Shown: positions 21,512-33,509 of the stretch, piece after piece
Layout: every line of letters begins with the position of its first letter
Position numbering within the stretch: the first letter of the stretch is position 1
From: Cladosporium halotolerans
Taxonomy: Eukaryota
NCBI RefSeq assembly: GCF_011745625.1
Contig: NW_027191468.1
Span: forward strand, 248,001 to 312,000
Length of the DNA stretch: 64,000 nucleotides
Reading direction: 5' to 3'
Program-made: the position numbers and the translations under genes
Notes under the pieces: generated by a model
What the model saw: the letters and a program-made list of their open reading frames with translations, nothing else
The model's database searches: none
What the model was told of the DNA's origin: nothing

Positions 21512-23842
21512 TCAACTAAAGTGATCCCCATCCCCCACACCCACAGCCCCCAACGACTCGCCCCTCCTCATCCTCAACCGCCTCCTGACCTCCTTCGCCC
21601 TCTTCTCCCCCTCCAGCCTCAACTGCTTCTTCCGCTGCCACACAGCCCTGATCGTGCGCTTCGTCTGCTCCGCGCCCTCGTCGAAATTCGCCTTCGCCAG
21701 CGCCACGACCGACTCGATCTCCTCCGGCGTGTAGATGAAATTCCACGTCGACAGGAACTCCGACTTCTGCGGGTCGACGCCGGGCACCTTCTCGTTCGCC
21801 GTCAGCGGGAAGTACACGACGGCGATGCCCGCGTCCGGGTGCGCGACGTGGCTGTCGTCGTCGGGCCCGAGCCGCTTGCGCGGGGCCGGGGGCTCGGCGC
21901 CGCCGTCGCTGGTCGACTCCGTCTTCGACCCGACCCAGACCGTGCAGTGGCCGAGGGTGTGCTCTGGCGCGGCAAGGACGCCGGAGTTCTGCGAGAGGTC
22001 GCGCGCGTGGTCGAATTCTTTGGCGATCTGCTCGCTGCTTTCGTCCTTTGGCGGCCAGCCGGCGCCCATGGGCCAGCCTTTGATTTGACGCTGGCGCGCG
22101 TAGCCTTCGGCGACTTTGATCCAGTTGTCGGAGGCGGCATCGGCGGAGGCGTCGAAGGCGACGATCACGTCGATGTCGCGGCCGGGGCGGAGGAGGGGGT
22201 AGATGGGGAGGTTGTTGGACATGCCGGCGTCCATGAGGCGGAGGTGCGACGCGGAGTGGATGCTTTCGGGGCAGGTTGGGGGAAGGCGGCCGCGGAGGCC
22301 GAGGGCGTAGTTGGGGATGGATGCCGGGTCGAAGGGGTGCACTTTGGTCATGTCCTCGTCTTTCTGCGTCAGGAGTTGATCGAGGCTGCTGCCGAGACCG
22401 CTGCCGATGACGGCGGGTCTGATCTCTTTGTAGTAGTGAGACAAGGTTGCGCAGAATGCGGATCCCCAGATGCCCTGCTTGGCATTAGCTCGAGTTCGAA
22501 GTTATCCGTATATATGAGGACTCACCATCATGAGGGGAACTTTGATCTCAGGCAGGAAGAGCCCATTTTCACGCATTATGTTCTGTCCGCCGTTGAAGGT
22601 TCGACCAACAGCCCAAGTCGGAATGCCGGCAGCCAATTCCTCACAGAAGAACTCATACGGCGTCCATTCGAACCATTGGAAGTAATCGTCTTTCGAAGGG
22701 CGCCGGCGTGCACCAGGTGGCGCCTCTCTAGCCTTTTTGTCTGACTCGGGGATTTCGTGACGGACAGCAGAGTAGATAGGCAGCGGTTGATCGCCCATGT
22801 CGACGAAGTATCGTTGATTGGAGATCTTGAGATCCCAATCGCTGACTCTAAGCTCGCCCTTGGGAACCAGGAGTCGACCAGCGAGCAGGGTGCCGTAAAT
22901 ATCGACGAGCCCAAATTCCGCATCCGGCACTCCCTTCATCTTTTCGACGATGCCGCTGAGGAGAAACCTGTTGGTCGGGGCCTGGCTCAACAAACTCAGC
23001 GCGGCTGGAGGGAATGCGATGTGAACTCCAAGGCGATCTTTGAAATGATCGATGAGGCGGCTATGGCTCGTCTGACCGATGGATGAGTAGTACAGAGTCT
23101 GAAGCCAGCAGCTTCCGCTTACGCCAGCTGTGTAGGTAGCGCAGTCGAACAGGCCAGCCTGCTGCGCCGAGAAGTAAGACGATGTGCCGGCGACCAATGC
23201 TCGGAGGCCTCCGCCTGATCCGCACATTGCGATGACAGGAACATCTTCTGGATGGACCTCGGACTCGGGGACGCCAAGATAGTGTGCTAGGGCGATCGCC
23301 GTCTTGCCTTTGCGTTTCTCTAGGTACTGGCGTTCTTCAGCACAAAGGTCGTTGGAGATCCTAACATTCGCGTCCCAAACAATTTCCGGATTGGCTTCAG
23401 GGTCGTGTGCAAGCTCCCAGATCTCCCAAGACAACGACCACGGAGCCATTGAGAGCTCGTCTTGGAGCTTGTGCATTGCGTCAGGGATAGCGAGGACCCA
23501 TGAAGGGACGACCATCTTGGCAAGGCTTTCTGCCAGACTGTTGTAGTCGAAACGCGAGAAAAGCTCGTATGGTGATGCAGCCCCATGCGGATCTTGAGAA
23601 GATTCGCTGTCGTCGTGTTTGGTCGGTTGCTGGCCATTGTGTCCGTCATTGCCCGACGAGCCGGACTTCCTAGAGATAACAGGCCTGTTGGCCCATTCGG
23701 CAGGGGCACTGCTATCGAGCCGGAGCCTCGCACGCGAACGAGTGGACGTGTATGCTAGGGTGGTGGCACCGCCAATGCCCGCAGCCAAGGCAATGCCCCT
23801 CCATGGCGCAGTGGAAGCAATACGGCGCGATGCTCGATACAT
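21512..23842 (-). CDS. Cytosolic phospholipase A2 / lysophospholipase (PLAc domain); exons 23842-22526, 22474-21512
   Basis: SGGGLRA oxyanion motif, catalytic GVSGSCW, WFEWTPYE, GIWGSAF, LMDAGMSNNLP (catalytic Asp), IVAFDAS. Start codon choice (MYRASRR...) is inferred. Confidence 0.9.
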
Positions 23843-24515
23843 GTCTGGACGACTAGCCAGCGACAAACACGCCAAAGGCTTACGAAGACCGCAATGGCTC
23901 GATGAACAAGCAGTGTGCCAGCTACGTAGGCTGCATCACACAGGAGAAACACGTATGTATACAGAAGTTGGCAGCAGTTGGGAGAGTGGCGGTGCTACTG
24001 AGGTTTAATCGCACGCGCCACGCGGCGATCCTGCGCACGTGTCGTGCCTGACCAGCAAAAACGTCACTGCTGCTTCGTTGAATGCTCTTTAATCGCCCGG
24101 GATGGGGACAGCACAGGTGTAACCAGCGAAAGCAGATATCGTATACAGTCATTGTGCGTCCTCTGTGGCATCAAAAGAACCGAAACCATCTCCATTCGCT
24201 TCGACACAAGCATGATAATAAGCATGAACGTCGCCAGGCACGAGCCAGCCGGTTCGGCCAGACCAGACTGGGATCTTGCACTCGGCCCGGAGCGGACGCC
24301 GGCTGCGGAGATCTCCCAGCGTGCTGTAGCTTCCACATGGGTAGACCCTCACGTCCAATGCCCTGTGCACACATATGACCTCTGTACCACTGCCGGCAGC
24401 GCGTACTAGCGCATACCTATCTACATGATCCTCTACGACCACTCTGGCCCCCTATAATCCATCCACCGAAACACAGTCCACCTACGAATTCGAGCAGCCA
24501 CTACCCACCACCACC

Positions 24516-26411
24516 ATGGCGCCTGCCCGCCATGCCGCCTACGCCGAGGAGTCGGCGGAAGTCGAGGTCCTCTACGCCAATCTCGAAAAGATGAAGTCGC
24601 TATCCAAGAAGATCCAAGGCTCCATGGGCCGGCTGGACGTCAGCGGCAAAGTGGTGCAGGACGCGATCGGACCCATCTACGGGAACACGCAACGGCTGCA
24701 GACGACCAATTCGAATATTGACCGCATCATGGACGCGATCGACAAGGCTCGCCAGCCACTTGACATGCGCAACAGGGAGGAGCAGGTGCTGAGGGAGCGG
24801 CCGGATAGGGTTGGGCTTAGCCAGTACATTGCGAGCATGGATCGGACCAATCGGGCTTTGAAGGATCTCAAGGCGACCAACATGAAGAGTAATCAAAAGG
24901 CGGTTGCAGACCTCAATGGATTACTGGAAGTCGGAACACGAAATCTTGAGCAGGTCTTCAGAGACGTGGTGAGACAAGACTCGCAGCCCATTGAACCGCT
25001 GCAACAGATCATGCGTGGTGCAGAGTTTCCACGCTTCTCTTCGAAGAGCTCGGCAGAGCTGCGGACGATGAACGCCCAGATGTCTTCCTTCCAGAGTCCT
25101 GCCGCAGGCGGAACTCTGTCTCCATCAGCTAAGGTGTATGCTCAAGAGCGAGGGCAGTACATCCAGCTGTCGTTACAGAACTTGTCCGCCGCCTCCCTCT
25201 CAACGGCACGGAAAGTCAACGCCGAAGCAGTGTACAAGCCTGGTAGTAACGGTATCGGTACTTACTGCAGCGGCATCCAGGGGATGTTCATCGCCGAATA
25301 CGCATGCATTTGTGAGATCTTCCAACGAGAAGAATGGAACCCGGTCCTTGCGGCGACATGCCAACCAGCATTAGCAGCATTCGGAAGCACTCTTCGGGAT
25401 TTGGACGGCCATATCCGGACGAACTTGATCACAGACTGCTACCTTGCATACGAAATCGTCGACCTAGTCTCTAACACATCCTTCCAGCTGGAAGAAAAGA
25501 CCGGCGGACTCAAGCAGCAAATTTCCGACGCCCTCAAACCCGTCCGCGAAACCGCGAAAGCCTCCCTATCAATCCTCCTCAACGACACCCGCACCAAAAT
25601 CCAACAGCTCATGGCCCTCCCCAGCGACGGCTCCCCCGTCGGCATAACGACAGACGTAATGCAACGCCTCCAACTCATGACCGCCTTCCTCCCCCCCATC
25701 AGCAGCATCATGCGCAGCCTCGGCGACGGCGGCTGGACCTCCAGCTCCAGCTCCACCGCCGGCGGCTCCACCAGCTCCCTGCCCACCACGAAATCCTTCG
25801 ACGTCGGCGCCGACGGCGCCCAGCTCTTCGCGCACTACAGCGCCGACACGATCGAAACCCTCCTCTCGAACCTCGACACGCGCTCCCGCGCCCTGCTCAA
25901 ATCCAAAGCCGCCCAGGGCGTCTTCCTCGCGAACAACATCTGCGTCGCCGAGCGCGCGATCCGCGCCTCCGACCTCGCCACCCTCATCTCCGCCTCCGCG
26001 CAGCCCAAACTCGACGCCTGGAAGAAGAAGGCCCAGTCGGCCTACACGGACGGCTGGAAGGAGGCCGCTGACCACCTGCTGGACGTGCAGTACATCTCCA
26101 AGGCGCCCCGGCCGCCCTCGACGGGCGGCGTCGACAGCGCGGCGATCGTGAAGGCGCTGTCGTCGGCGGACAAGAAGGGCATCCAGGAGAAGTTCAAGAG
26201 CTTCAACGCGTGCTTTGACGACTCGGTCGCGCGCCACAGGGCGTTTAGGATGGAGGGCGAGGTGCGCAGGGATCTGGGCCGCGCGGTGCAGTTCTTGCTC
26301 GAGAGGCTGTATTCGAGGTTCTGGGACCGGTACCATGAGGTTGATAAGGGGAGGGGGAAGTATGTTAAGTACGATAAGCAGCAGATCAGTGGGATTCTGG
26401 CGGGGTTGTGA
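24516..26411 (+). CDS. EXO70: Exocyst complex subunit Exo70
   Basis: 631-aa ORF with GVFLANN, IQEKFKSFNACFDD and C-terminal LYSRFWDRY...KYVKYDK, typical of fungal Exo70. Confidence 0.93.
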   Translation: MAPARHAAYAEESAEVEVLYANLEKMKSLSKKIQGSMGRLDVSGKVVQDAIGPIYGNTQRLQTTNSNIDRIMDAIDKARQPLDMRNREEQVLRERPDRVGLSQYIASMDRTNRALKDLKATNMKSNQKAVADLNGLLEVGTRNLEQVFRDVVRQDSQPIEPLQQIMRGAEFPRFSSKSSAELRTMNAQMSSFQSPAAGGTLSPSAKVYAQERGQYIQLSLQNLSAASLSTARKVNAEAVYKPGSNGIGTYCSGIQGMFIAEYACICEIFQREEWNPVLAATCQPALAAFGSTLRDLDGHIRTNLITDCYLAYEIVDLVSNTSFQLEEKTGGLKQQISDALKPVRETAKASLSILLNDTRTKIQQLMALPSDGSPVGITTDVMQRLQLMTAFLPPISSIMRSLGDGGWTSSSSSTAGGSTSSLPTTKSFDVGADGAQLFAHYSADTIETLLSNLDTRSRALLKSKAAQGVFLANNICVAERAIRASDLATLISASAQPKLDAWKKKAQSAYTDGWKEAADHLLDVQYISKAPRPPSTGGVDSAAIVKALSSADKKGIQEKFKSFNACFDDSVARHRAFRMEGEVRRDLGRAVQFLLERLYSRFWDRYHEVDKGRGKYVKYDKQQISGILAGL

Positions 26412-27202
26412 GGGGGAAGGGAGGATAGTGGCGTGGTGGTGTAGTTGCGTTTGTGATACCCTGTGTTGCGATCTTTTTTTCGAGTCGATAGGCTTGATAT
26501 TCTAATGTGGTTCTCGGCCATCACCTACAAGCCTTTCAGGATCCGATTAATGCTCAGCAAACGATACAACGATGGGCTTCTGACACCCAGCAGCGGGGAC
26601 AAAGCCACCCTCTGGTCAACTCCCAAGCGTCACAGACGTCAATCGCACACCGAGTTCTTGTATACCGCTTTCGTGATAATACAAACGACGACCTGGGCCT
26701 CAGTCTTCCTGCCCGAGCCGTTTGCCAGCTATCTTGCCGCTCTAAGGAAGATGATGATGATGATGGTAGACCGAACCCCGAACTTCATGGTAGGTATCCA
26801 AGGAAAAAGTACCCAGCAGCTCGCTCATTTCGTTCGTTCGTGATACACAGCCAAAGGAAAATTATCGATGCCGTTGATAACACATCATATCGAATCGCTC
26901 ATCCGTCCTAGCCAATCCAATTCTTGCCAGTTGGATAGAGGCTCGGGGGCGGGGAGTCTAGGCGCGAGGAGAGAAAAGCAAGCTGCTAGGAGGCAGTCTC
27001 TCCGCTTCTGTCGCTTCGCTTCTTCGCTTGCGTTCAGTCGCTGCTCGCCGGGAGCGTCGGCTCGCTCTCTTCGTTCTCAATGACATTCATCGCGCAGACG
27101 CCTTCCGACTCCGGCGCGAGAGATCCTTGCCCCAAGGCCAACCCTCCCTCACCACCCCCTCCCCGCCGAACGCGGCTGCACACGGTGCCGACCACCAGCA
27201 TC

Positions 27203-28504
27203 CTACGCCGAGCCGCCGCCGCCGCCAAACGCATCCCTCATCCGCCCAAACACCCCCGCCGACCCCCCACTCCCACTACCCCCAGTCGCCCCAGGATCCC
27301 CGCCTGCAACCCCCCTCCCCTCCCTAACCCCATTCCTCGCCTCCTCCCCCACCCCCCTCACCCCCTCCCCCTCCCGCGGCATAATCCCCATGCGACAGTG
27401 CGGACACGTATCGTGCTCCGCGAGCCAGGCGCGGATGCACTCGGCGTGGAACCAGTGCTCGCACGGCAGGACCGTCACATTCTCGCCCGCGGGCACGGCT
27501 TCCATGCAGATGCTGCAGTCGCCTGCTTCGGAGGCGGGGAGGGGTCTGGAGGGCAGGGATTTGATGGCGGCTGCGCTCGCGGGCCCGGGCGCGTTGCCGC
27601 TGCTGTGCTGCTCCATTAGCTGCGTTACGATGCGGTCGAGCGCTTCTTGGCTGTAGACTGCGTCGCCGTGGATTCCGCCGGAGGCGGCGGGGATGGTGAG
27701 GGAGTTTAGGAGGTGGAGGAGGGGGTTGGGTTGGGCGTGGGCGTGGGGGTGGCCTTGGTGGCCTTGGTGGTTGTGGGGCAGGGGAGGGAAGGCGCCGATG
27801 TTGCTGAACATTTGCTGCATGAGGTCGTCCATGTCTTGCGGCTGGGCGTTGAAGGGCTGCGGGCTGTTGGCGTTGCGCGGGGAGAGGAGGGCGCTGCTTC
27901 GGGGCCCGCTGCCGCTCGAGGCGGTCATGGTGAAGCTGTAGCCCGGGCCGGTGATGTGGCGGGTGTAGGTGCCTGGGCGGGTTTGCTGGGGGCCGTCGCT
28001 GCCGCGGTCTGGAGAGCCGGGTGGTGAGGATGCTTGGTTTCGCGCGGGGTCTTCGTGGCCGTGTTGCTGTCCCTGATGTTGCTGTTCTCGTTGCTGCTGC
28101 AGCAGCCCGTTGACCATGTTGCCAATCATGCCCATCAACCCGCCCCCCGCCGCTCCTCCGGCACCGCCACCGAGATCCACGCTCCGATTGAACGTCGCCC
28201 GATACCTCTGCGGCCCGCCGCCATCCCAGGGCTCGCGCCTCCACCTCAAGTGCTCGATGTCCTCCTCGTCCGGGTCGGGCGCATTCCACGGGTCGTGGTC
28301 GTGCAGCGGGTGCTGCTGCTGAGCTTCAGCCGCGGCTTCGGCTTCCTGTCGCTGCTGCTGTTGTTGTCTGGGATCGTTGCCGCCCTCGACGATCTCGATG
28401 AACTCCGACTGGCATTCCGGGCATTGCAGGCCGTTCTCGTCGCGGTACCATTCGTTCTCGCACTGGTGGCAGTAGACGATTTCGCGCTGCGGCGGGGCGG
28501 ACAT
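27203..28504 (-). CDS. RING-H2 E3 ubiquitin ligase with N-terminal zinc ribbon (RNF115/RNF126-like)
   Basis: YCHQC...CPECQSEFIE ribbon, GDAVYSQEALDRIVTQLMEQ, RING-H2 CSIC...LPCEHWFHAECIRAWLAEHDTCPHCR. Confidence 0.9.
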   Translation of the reverse strand: MSAPPQREIVYCHQCENEWYRDENGLQCPECQSEFIEIVEGGNDPRQQQQQRQEAEAAAEAQQQHPLHDHDPWNAPDPDEEDIEHLRWRREPWDGGGPQRYRATFNRSVDLGGGAGGAAGGGLMGMIGNMVNGLLQQQREQQHQGQQHGHEDPARNQASSPPGSPDRGSDGPQQTRPGTYTRHITGPGYSFTMTASSGSGPRSSALLSPRNANSPQPFNAQPQDMDDLMQQMFSNIGAFPPLPHNHQGHQGHPHAHAQPNPLLHLLNSLTIPAASGGIHGDAVYSQEALDRIVTQLMEQHSSGNAPGPASAAAIKSLPSRPLPASEAGDCSICMEAVPAGENVTVLPCEHWFHAECIRAWLAEHDTCPHCRMGIMPREGEGVRGVGEEARNGVREGRGVAGGDPGATGGSGSGGSAGVFGRMRDAFGGGGGSA

Positions 28505-29524
28505 GGTGGCTGTGAGTGTGTATGTGCTTGTCTCTTATCTGCGGCTGTGCGTGAGCGCGCGGCCGCGCTGGAGGTGAGTGAGGCTCTGGGCGAGAGCTGA
28601 GGTGGGGTGTAGGTGAACGATCGCCGGTTTGAGGATTCGAGAGGATTTGGCCAGGCCGGTTGAGCTGCGTGTATGAAGTGCTTGGGAGCGAAGGTGATTC
28701 GCTTGATTGCTTGCTCGGCGCAGCAGCTGCTGCTTTGTTCTGATTGCTTGCTGACAGCGCGCGGCTGACTGAGGCAGGAGGATTGCTCGGGTGTGCCGAC
28801 GCCGGTGTCACCAGTCACGCGAGAGCGTAGGACAACTAGGTTGCGGTGTATTATTAATAGTTATTTGGCGAGTGGGGAGTGTTGTTGATGTCGAGGGTTG
28901 TCGGTGGGTGTCCCGTGAACGCGGCACATGTTCTCTGGGAACGGCTTCTGCTTCTCGAAGCAACAAATGACGTGACGTGCAGTGGCGTGAAGACCAGCGA
29001 GATTCAGGATTCAAGCGGCCACGCTAGTTTCAGATCGGCGGTATAGGGCCTTGCTTTTACATCCGGTGAATTGTAGCCTGTGTGTGTAGCTCTACCTATC
29101 ATTTACTGCTGCCTGCCGTGGTAACTATCGATCAGAAGCAACTCACCATGGGCTGTGGTTCACACATGCGAAGCTTCTAGAAGAGCATTCGAAGCATCAG
29201 GCCCAGGCTCTTGCTCGCTCAGCCTCGGCAGTTCGACAAAGATCAAGCGACCACCACTCGAAGCGCTGAAGACAATAAAAGAATACACAGCAACAATGCA
29301 ATCGTCAACGATTAGAGATGTCCGTTTCATTCCGTTAACCATCCGAGGGGGGTATCTTGGGCTTCCCAATGTAAACAAATGACCAGGTCCGGTTCCATGC
29401 AATCCATATGCGATCCTCCAGCTTGTAACAAGAAAAAGCGCACGTGTGCGCCGCCGCCCAAAAACGATGCTTTTCTATGGACAAAATGCAAAAAAGAAGA
29501 TAGCGATAAGCTGGAGTTGTTGCT

Positions 29525-30397
29525 TTATAGCAGAGGCAGGAACACTGCTCGGAACTCCTCCAGCTCTGAGCATGCTGACGGAGTTGTGGGTGTGAGTTGG
29601 CCGTTGTCCCAGCGTGCTTCGCCGCCGCTGCTGCTGCGGCCGGTCAGGTTTAGAGAGAGTGGCTGGGGCTTGAGACATGGCTCTTCGTAGATTTCTTGCG
29701 CCGAGGTAGACACTGCTGTGGGCACACCTCTTCGCTCGAATAGCTGCAAGGCTGCGACGACCGCCACGTCCTCTGAGCAACTGTGGATTCGCCAGTCTAG
29801 CGCCTCCATGATCGCCATGCTCGCCGCGTCGATCTGTTTGGCAGTGGCGGTGCCGAGCGCGACGTTCCGTGACCAGTGAGAAGACGATGGAGGGTGATCG
29901 TTAGTGTAGATTGCTGCAAGGCTGAGAGTTGAAATTACGAGAAGGTCGAGGGATGGAGACTGAAGGGTAGAACCCATGGCCGGTTGCTTGACCAGTTTGG
30001 AGAGAATGTTGAATGCGATCGCCAACACTTCGATCGGCAGACGTGCACGAACGAGCAAGTCTTCGATCAAAAGGATATCGTCCCATGCTTGCGCACCATC
30101 GAGGCCAAGCTCCCGAGCGAAAACAGTCGCAACGTCTAGATCTGTGATAATGTTTTAGCAACATCCTTGTAAGAATCAACAACAAAAAGCCGCACCATCA
30201 ACGCCATCCTCGCTGTCATAGTCGCTCTCCTCGCTCGGCACTTCGAGGTCTTCCTCAATCTCCCTCCTCGAAGGTGGTGTGGGCCAACGCGACAACGCTC
30301 CCTTGGCGTCCAGAAACGCATCCAAGTCGTCGATGCCAGCCAAAGAATCAGAGTCGCTGAACGCCGGTGAGGGCGGGAAAGGTCGCGACGAATCCAT
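29525..30397 (-). CDS. Divergent cyclin-fold protein (Pho80/Pcl/Clg1-like); exons 30397-30196, 30141-29525
   Basis: Intron GTGCGG...GCTAA...CAG (30195-30142) joins two ORFs in phase. LLVRARLPIEVLAIAFNIL, LSLAAIYTND...HWS and IMEALDWRI resemble the Pcl cyclin box. Confidence 0.65.
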
Positions 30398-32055
30398 ACC
30401 TGCCCGTGAAGATCCCAGTGGGGACGAACGAACGAACGGGGCTGCGGGGGGAAGTTGCAGTGATATGCCTTCCGGCAGCAGCGAAGGAACCGCTCCGAGC
30501 TGCCTGGACTCGGGGCGGGTGATGTGCGAGGTGAGTGGGCGTGCACTGCAGGAAAAGGTTATAGCAGCCCGGTGACTACAGGATTCCAGCCGGAATGGCA
30601 GGGACTGCGGTGGTGACTACGTAGCGAGCATGCAGTGGTGCGGGCGGAGTTATTGAATTGATGTGCCTCTCGGCGGCCGCCTTGACTTTTTGGGGCGCGG
30701 GTGGCGCGCGACGAGAACGATCAAGGCGTCTTGGGGCGAGGTGCAAGCAGTCCGGAAGTGGAGACGAGAGCGCCACTCGCGTGACTGCACGCGGTTGTGG
30801 GATGATCTAGCGGACGGGCGCTGCAATGGAGCGGGAAGGTGGTTTTGCCCTTGGGGCCTGGGCGTGGGTGGAGTGCAGGCGTGGGCAGCGTTGGCAGCGG
30901 GCTTCACCGACTGTTGCTGGCGACGCGCAGTGGGTGAAGGCTAATCGGGGCGGGCGGCGTGAAGAGTGCAAAGAATGGTAGAGCTTGCAGAATGAGCGAG
31001 ACGGAGGCTGGAGTGAGTGGTGGGCGACATGGCGAGATATATTAAACCCAGGAGGCTGTGTGTGTGTGGGTGGTGGCAGGCGACGGTTTCTTGCGACAGC
31101 CATCTCCCTCGGGCGGATCGAGTGGCATTGGCAGGGGCAGCTGGGCAGTCGCGGGCTCCGCTGCTGGGATGCGATGCTGGCACGCTGGCACGGCCACGAT
31201 GGGCCCAAAGTCAAACAACAGGATCCGCCCTCCGTCGACGGGCCGCGCCTAGCACTCCAGCCGCCGCCCGCCTGTCCTGTGTTTGTGCAGTGCAGCACAG
31301 CAGCCAAAACATCCAATGCACGCCCGGCACCCACTGTTTCCCACCTCCGGCTCGCATTCGGTACGTGCAGCAGCTCGCATCCATCCCGCAGCCCTGGTAC
31401 AGCGTGCGCAATCCACCGGCAGTATTGTTACTGACTCGCGCGCGGTCAACTCCGTCAGCGTTCACGCATGTTTTCCACCTTGTCTGCTTGCCTTACCTTA
31501 GTGCTAGAGGCTTGAGAACGGTAGAAGGGCCGAGACTCCTGCCACAGCCGGCCACCAACTCCGTCTTCAGCTTTTGCTTTTCGTCACATGTCGCAGGTCT
31601 GACCCGTCCCACGTCTCACGTCGCCCTGCCTCCCATTGTCACCTGTCGCGGCCGTTTCCGTGTTCTGGAATCAATGAGAACCGCGTCGTGCATGCCTGAG
31701 GCGCGATCGGCCATCGGCGGGCTCAGCTCGAAGCTCACAGCTACATAGCTACATACACTGCATTGCTCCTGCTTTCCCCGCCCGACGAGCATCCATACCG
31801 CAAGCAGGCGTACTCCTACCTTCACACCACGGAGCAAGACGCCTGTCAGCTGCCGGCAGGAGCAAGCATGCGACGTAAATATCAAAGGTAGGACGATTGA
31901 TTTCGCTAGCTATTTTTTCATCCCACAAGCTACCAACATCATCACGATCATCATCACGATTAACACCTGAATACCACAACACAACATCAACCACGCAAAC
32001 CTCCATCTACCGCACCAAACAAACCACAACAAACACCACCGCCACAAACCCCGAA

Positions 32056-32496
32056 ATGTACCACCAAACCGACCACCCCGACTCCACCCACAACACCCAC
32101 CCCTCCACCCTCCCTCACCCTCACCACCACCACCACCACCACAACAACAACAACAACAACAACCACCCCGCCGCCCACCGCACCCCCTCCCCACCCAACC
32201 GCCCCCCCACCCTCTCAACCCGCAACCTCATCTCGCAAGACCCAACCCACCACTCCCCCACCTCGCCCAGCGGCCCGACGCCCCCAGCGCACAAACCGCA
32301 CTCGCCACCCCACTCGCCGCCGCACTCGCCCTCGAGCCTCATCAGCTCCGACAGCGTGCAGGAGTTCGCGCCTCCGCAGCGAAGGCAGAGCTGGTGCCAC
32401 GAGGAGCTGAAGCGCGGCGCCATGGAGAGGCTGCTCGAGCAGGGGCGAGCGAAGCGCGAGGAGGGCGGGTATAGTAGTACTGGGGGTGGGGCTTGA
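32056..32496 (+). CDS. Small His/Pro/Asn-rich protein with C-terminal RRQSWxxEELKR motif
   Basis: ATG in good context (GAAATG) after a CA-rich leader. Low-complexity N-terminus and an ordered C-terminal motif resembling small ascomycete hypothetical proteins (from memory). Confidence 0.6.
   Translation: MYHQTDHPDSTHNTHPSTLPHPHHHHHHHNNNNNNNHPAAHRTPSPPNRPPTLSTRNLISQDPTHHSPTSPSGPTPPAHKPHSPPHSPPHSPSSLISSDSVQEFAPPQRRQSWCHEELKRGAMERLLEQGRAKREEGGYSSTGGGA
32122..32163 (+). repeat. Compound trinucleotide microsatellite (CAC)n(AAC)n encoding poly-His/poly-Asn
   Basis: caccaccaccaccaccaccacaacaacaacaacaacaacaac read directly from the sequence. Confidence 0.9.
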
Positions 32497-33509
32497 TGGG
32501 GGGTCTGAGGGGAAGGGGGGGGGGAGGGGGGGAGGGTGTGTTGAGATCAATGTTGTTTTTTTGTTTTGTGTGTTTTGGCGCCCGGTGGCGTTTGGGCTGG
32601 AGAGTGCGGCGACCTTGCCTGCCTATGTGGTTCTGGACTGGACTGGATTGGATTGGCTGGCTGGGTTGGGCGAGCGAGGGAGAACGAGGCGAGGTCTCCT
32701 GCGCGAACGAACCGGCCAGAGAGGAATGGAGTCTACCTAAGCCGCTGGCATTCTCGCCTCTCCCTCTCCAGCACCGGCACTTCACTTCGCTTTCTTCGAA
32801 CCACCCTAGCAACACCGGCGAAAAGTTCTCCTGCTGTACGATACGATCATTGACGAACCTGCGATTTTTCACTCGAGAATGACAGCATGACATTGGAAAG
32901 GGAAGAGATGCATGCATGCGGATCGAAGGGAGAAAAAAGCAGGCACCTGAGAATGGAATGGAAGCAAACATTTACGGAGTTTCAAACTGTTGTTTGTAAA
33001 GCAGTAGTCATAGGGCAGCCTATAGTACCTACTTGAGCGAATTGTGAGAAAGAGCGACTCAGTGGTCAGTTGTACGCTATCAGAATGTTCAAGAAATCGA
33101 TCAATCAATCTTGTTGTTGCTTCCCCCAGCGCGTCGGCCATTACCATCGATCCGCCCGCGTGCTGAGCCATCCCACAATTGACTCCCAGTACGATGGGTT
33201 CTGAAGCCGCGGTCTGGCCCGCAAGCAGCGTAGGCAGTTGGATCATCGATCGGGGGAGGGCGCGCTCGATTGCGGGCGAGTCGATGCGGCGACCGGAGGT
33301 CCGGGCTAGGTAAGAGTCGATCGACTGCATTCGTCTGGCGTGGCCGCGTGATGAGCGCTTGCTTCGCACGGCTGGATTTCATGGCTGGAGGAAGCGGCTT
33401 GCAACTTTGGGAGAGCCGAAGTCGGTCCTCGGATGTTCAGTGTATGGGTGGGTGAATCTTGGGCTTGAAACGGCAGAACTGAGTTGCTGCCATCATGTGC
33501 TCCTGCTTC

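Noticed and set aside
21521..22744. 407-aa ORF antisense to cPLA2, and similar overlapping ORFs in the RING gene
   Set aside because: GC-rich shadow frames with low-complexity translations overlapping well-supported genes.
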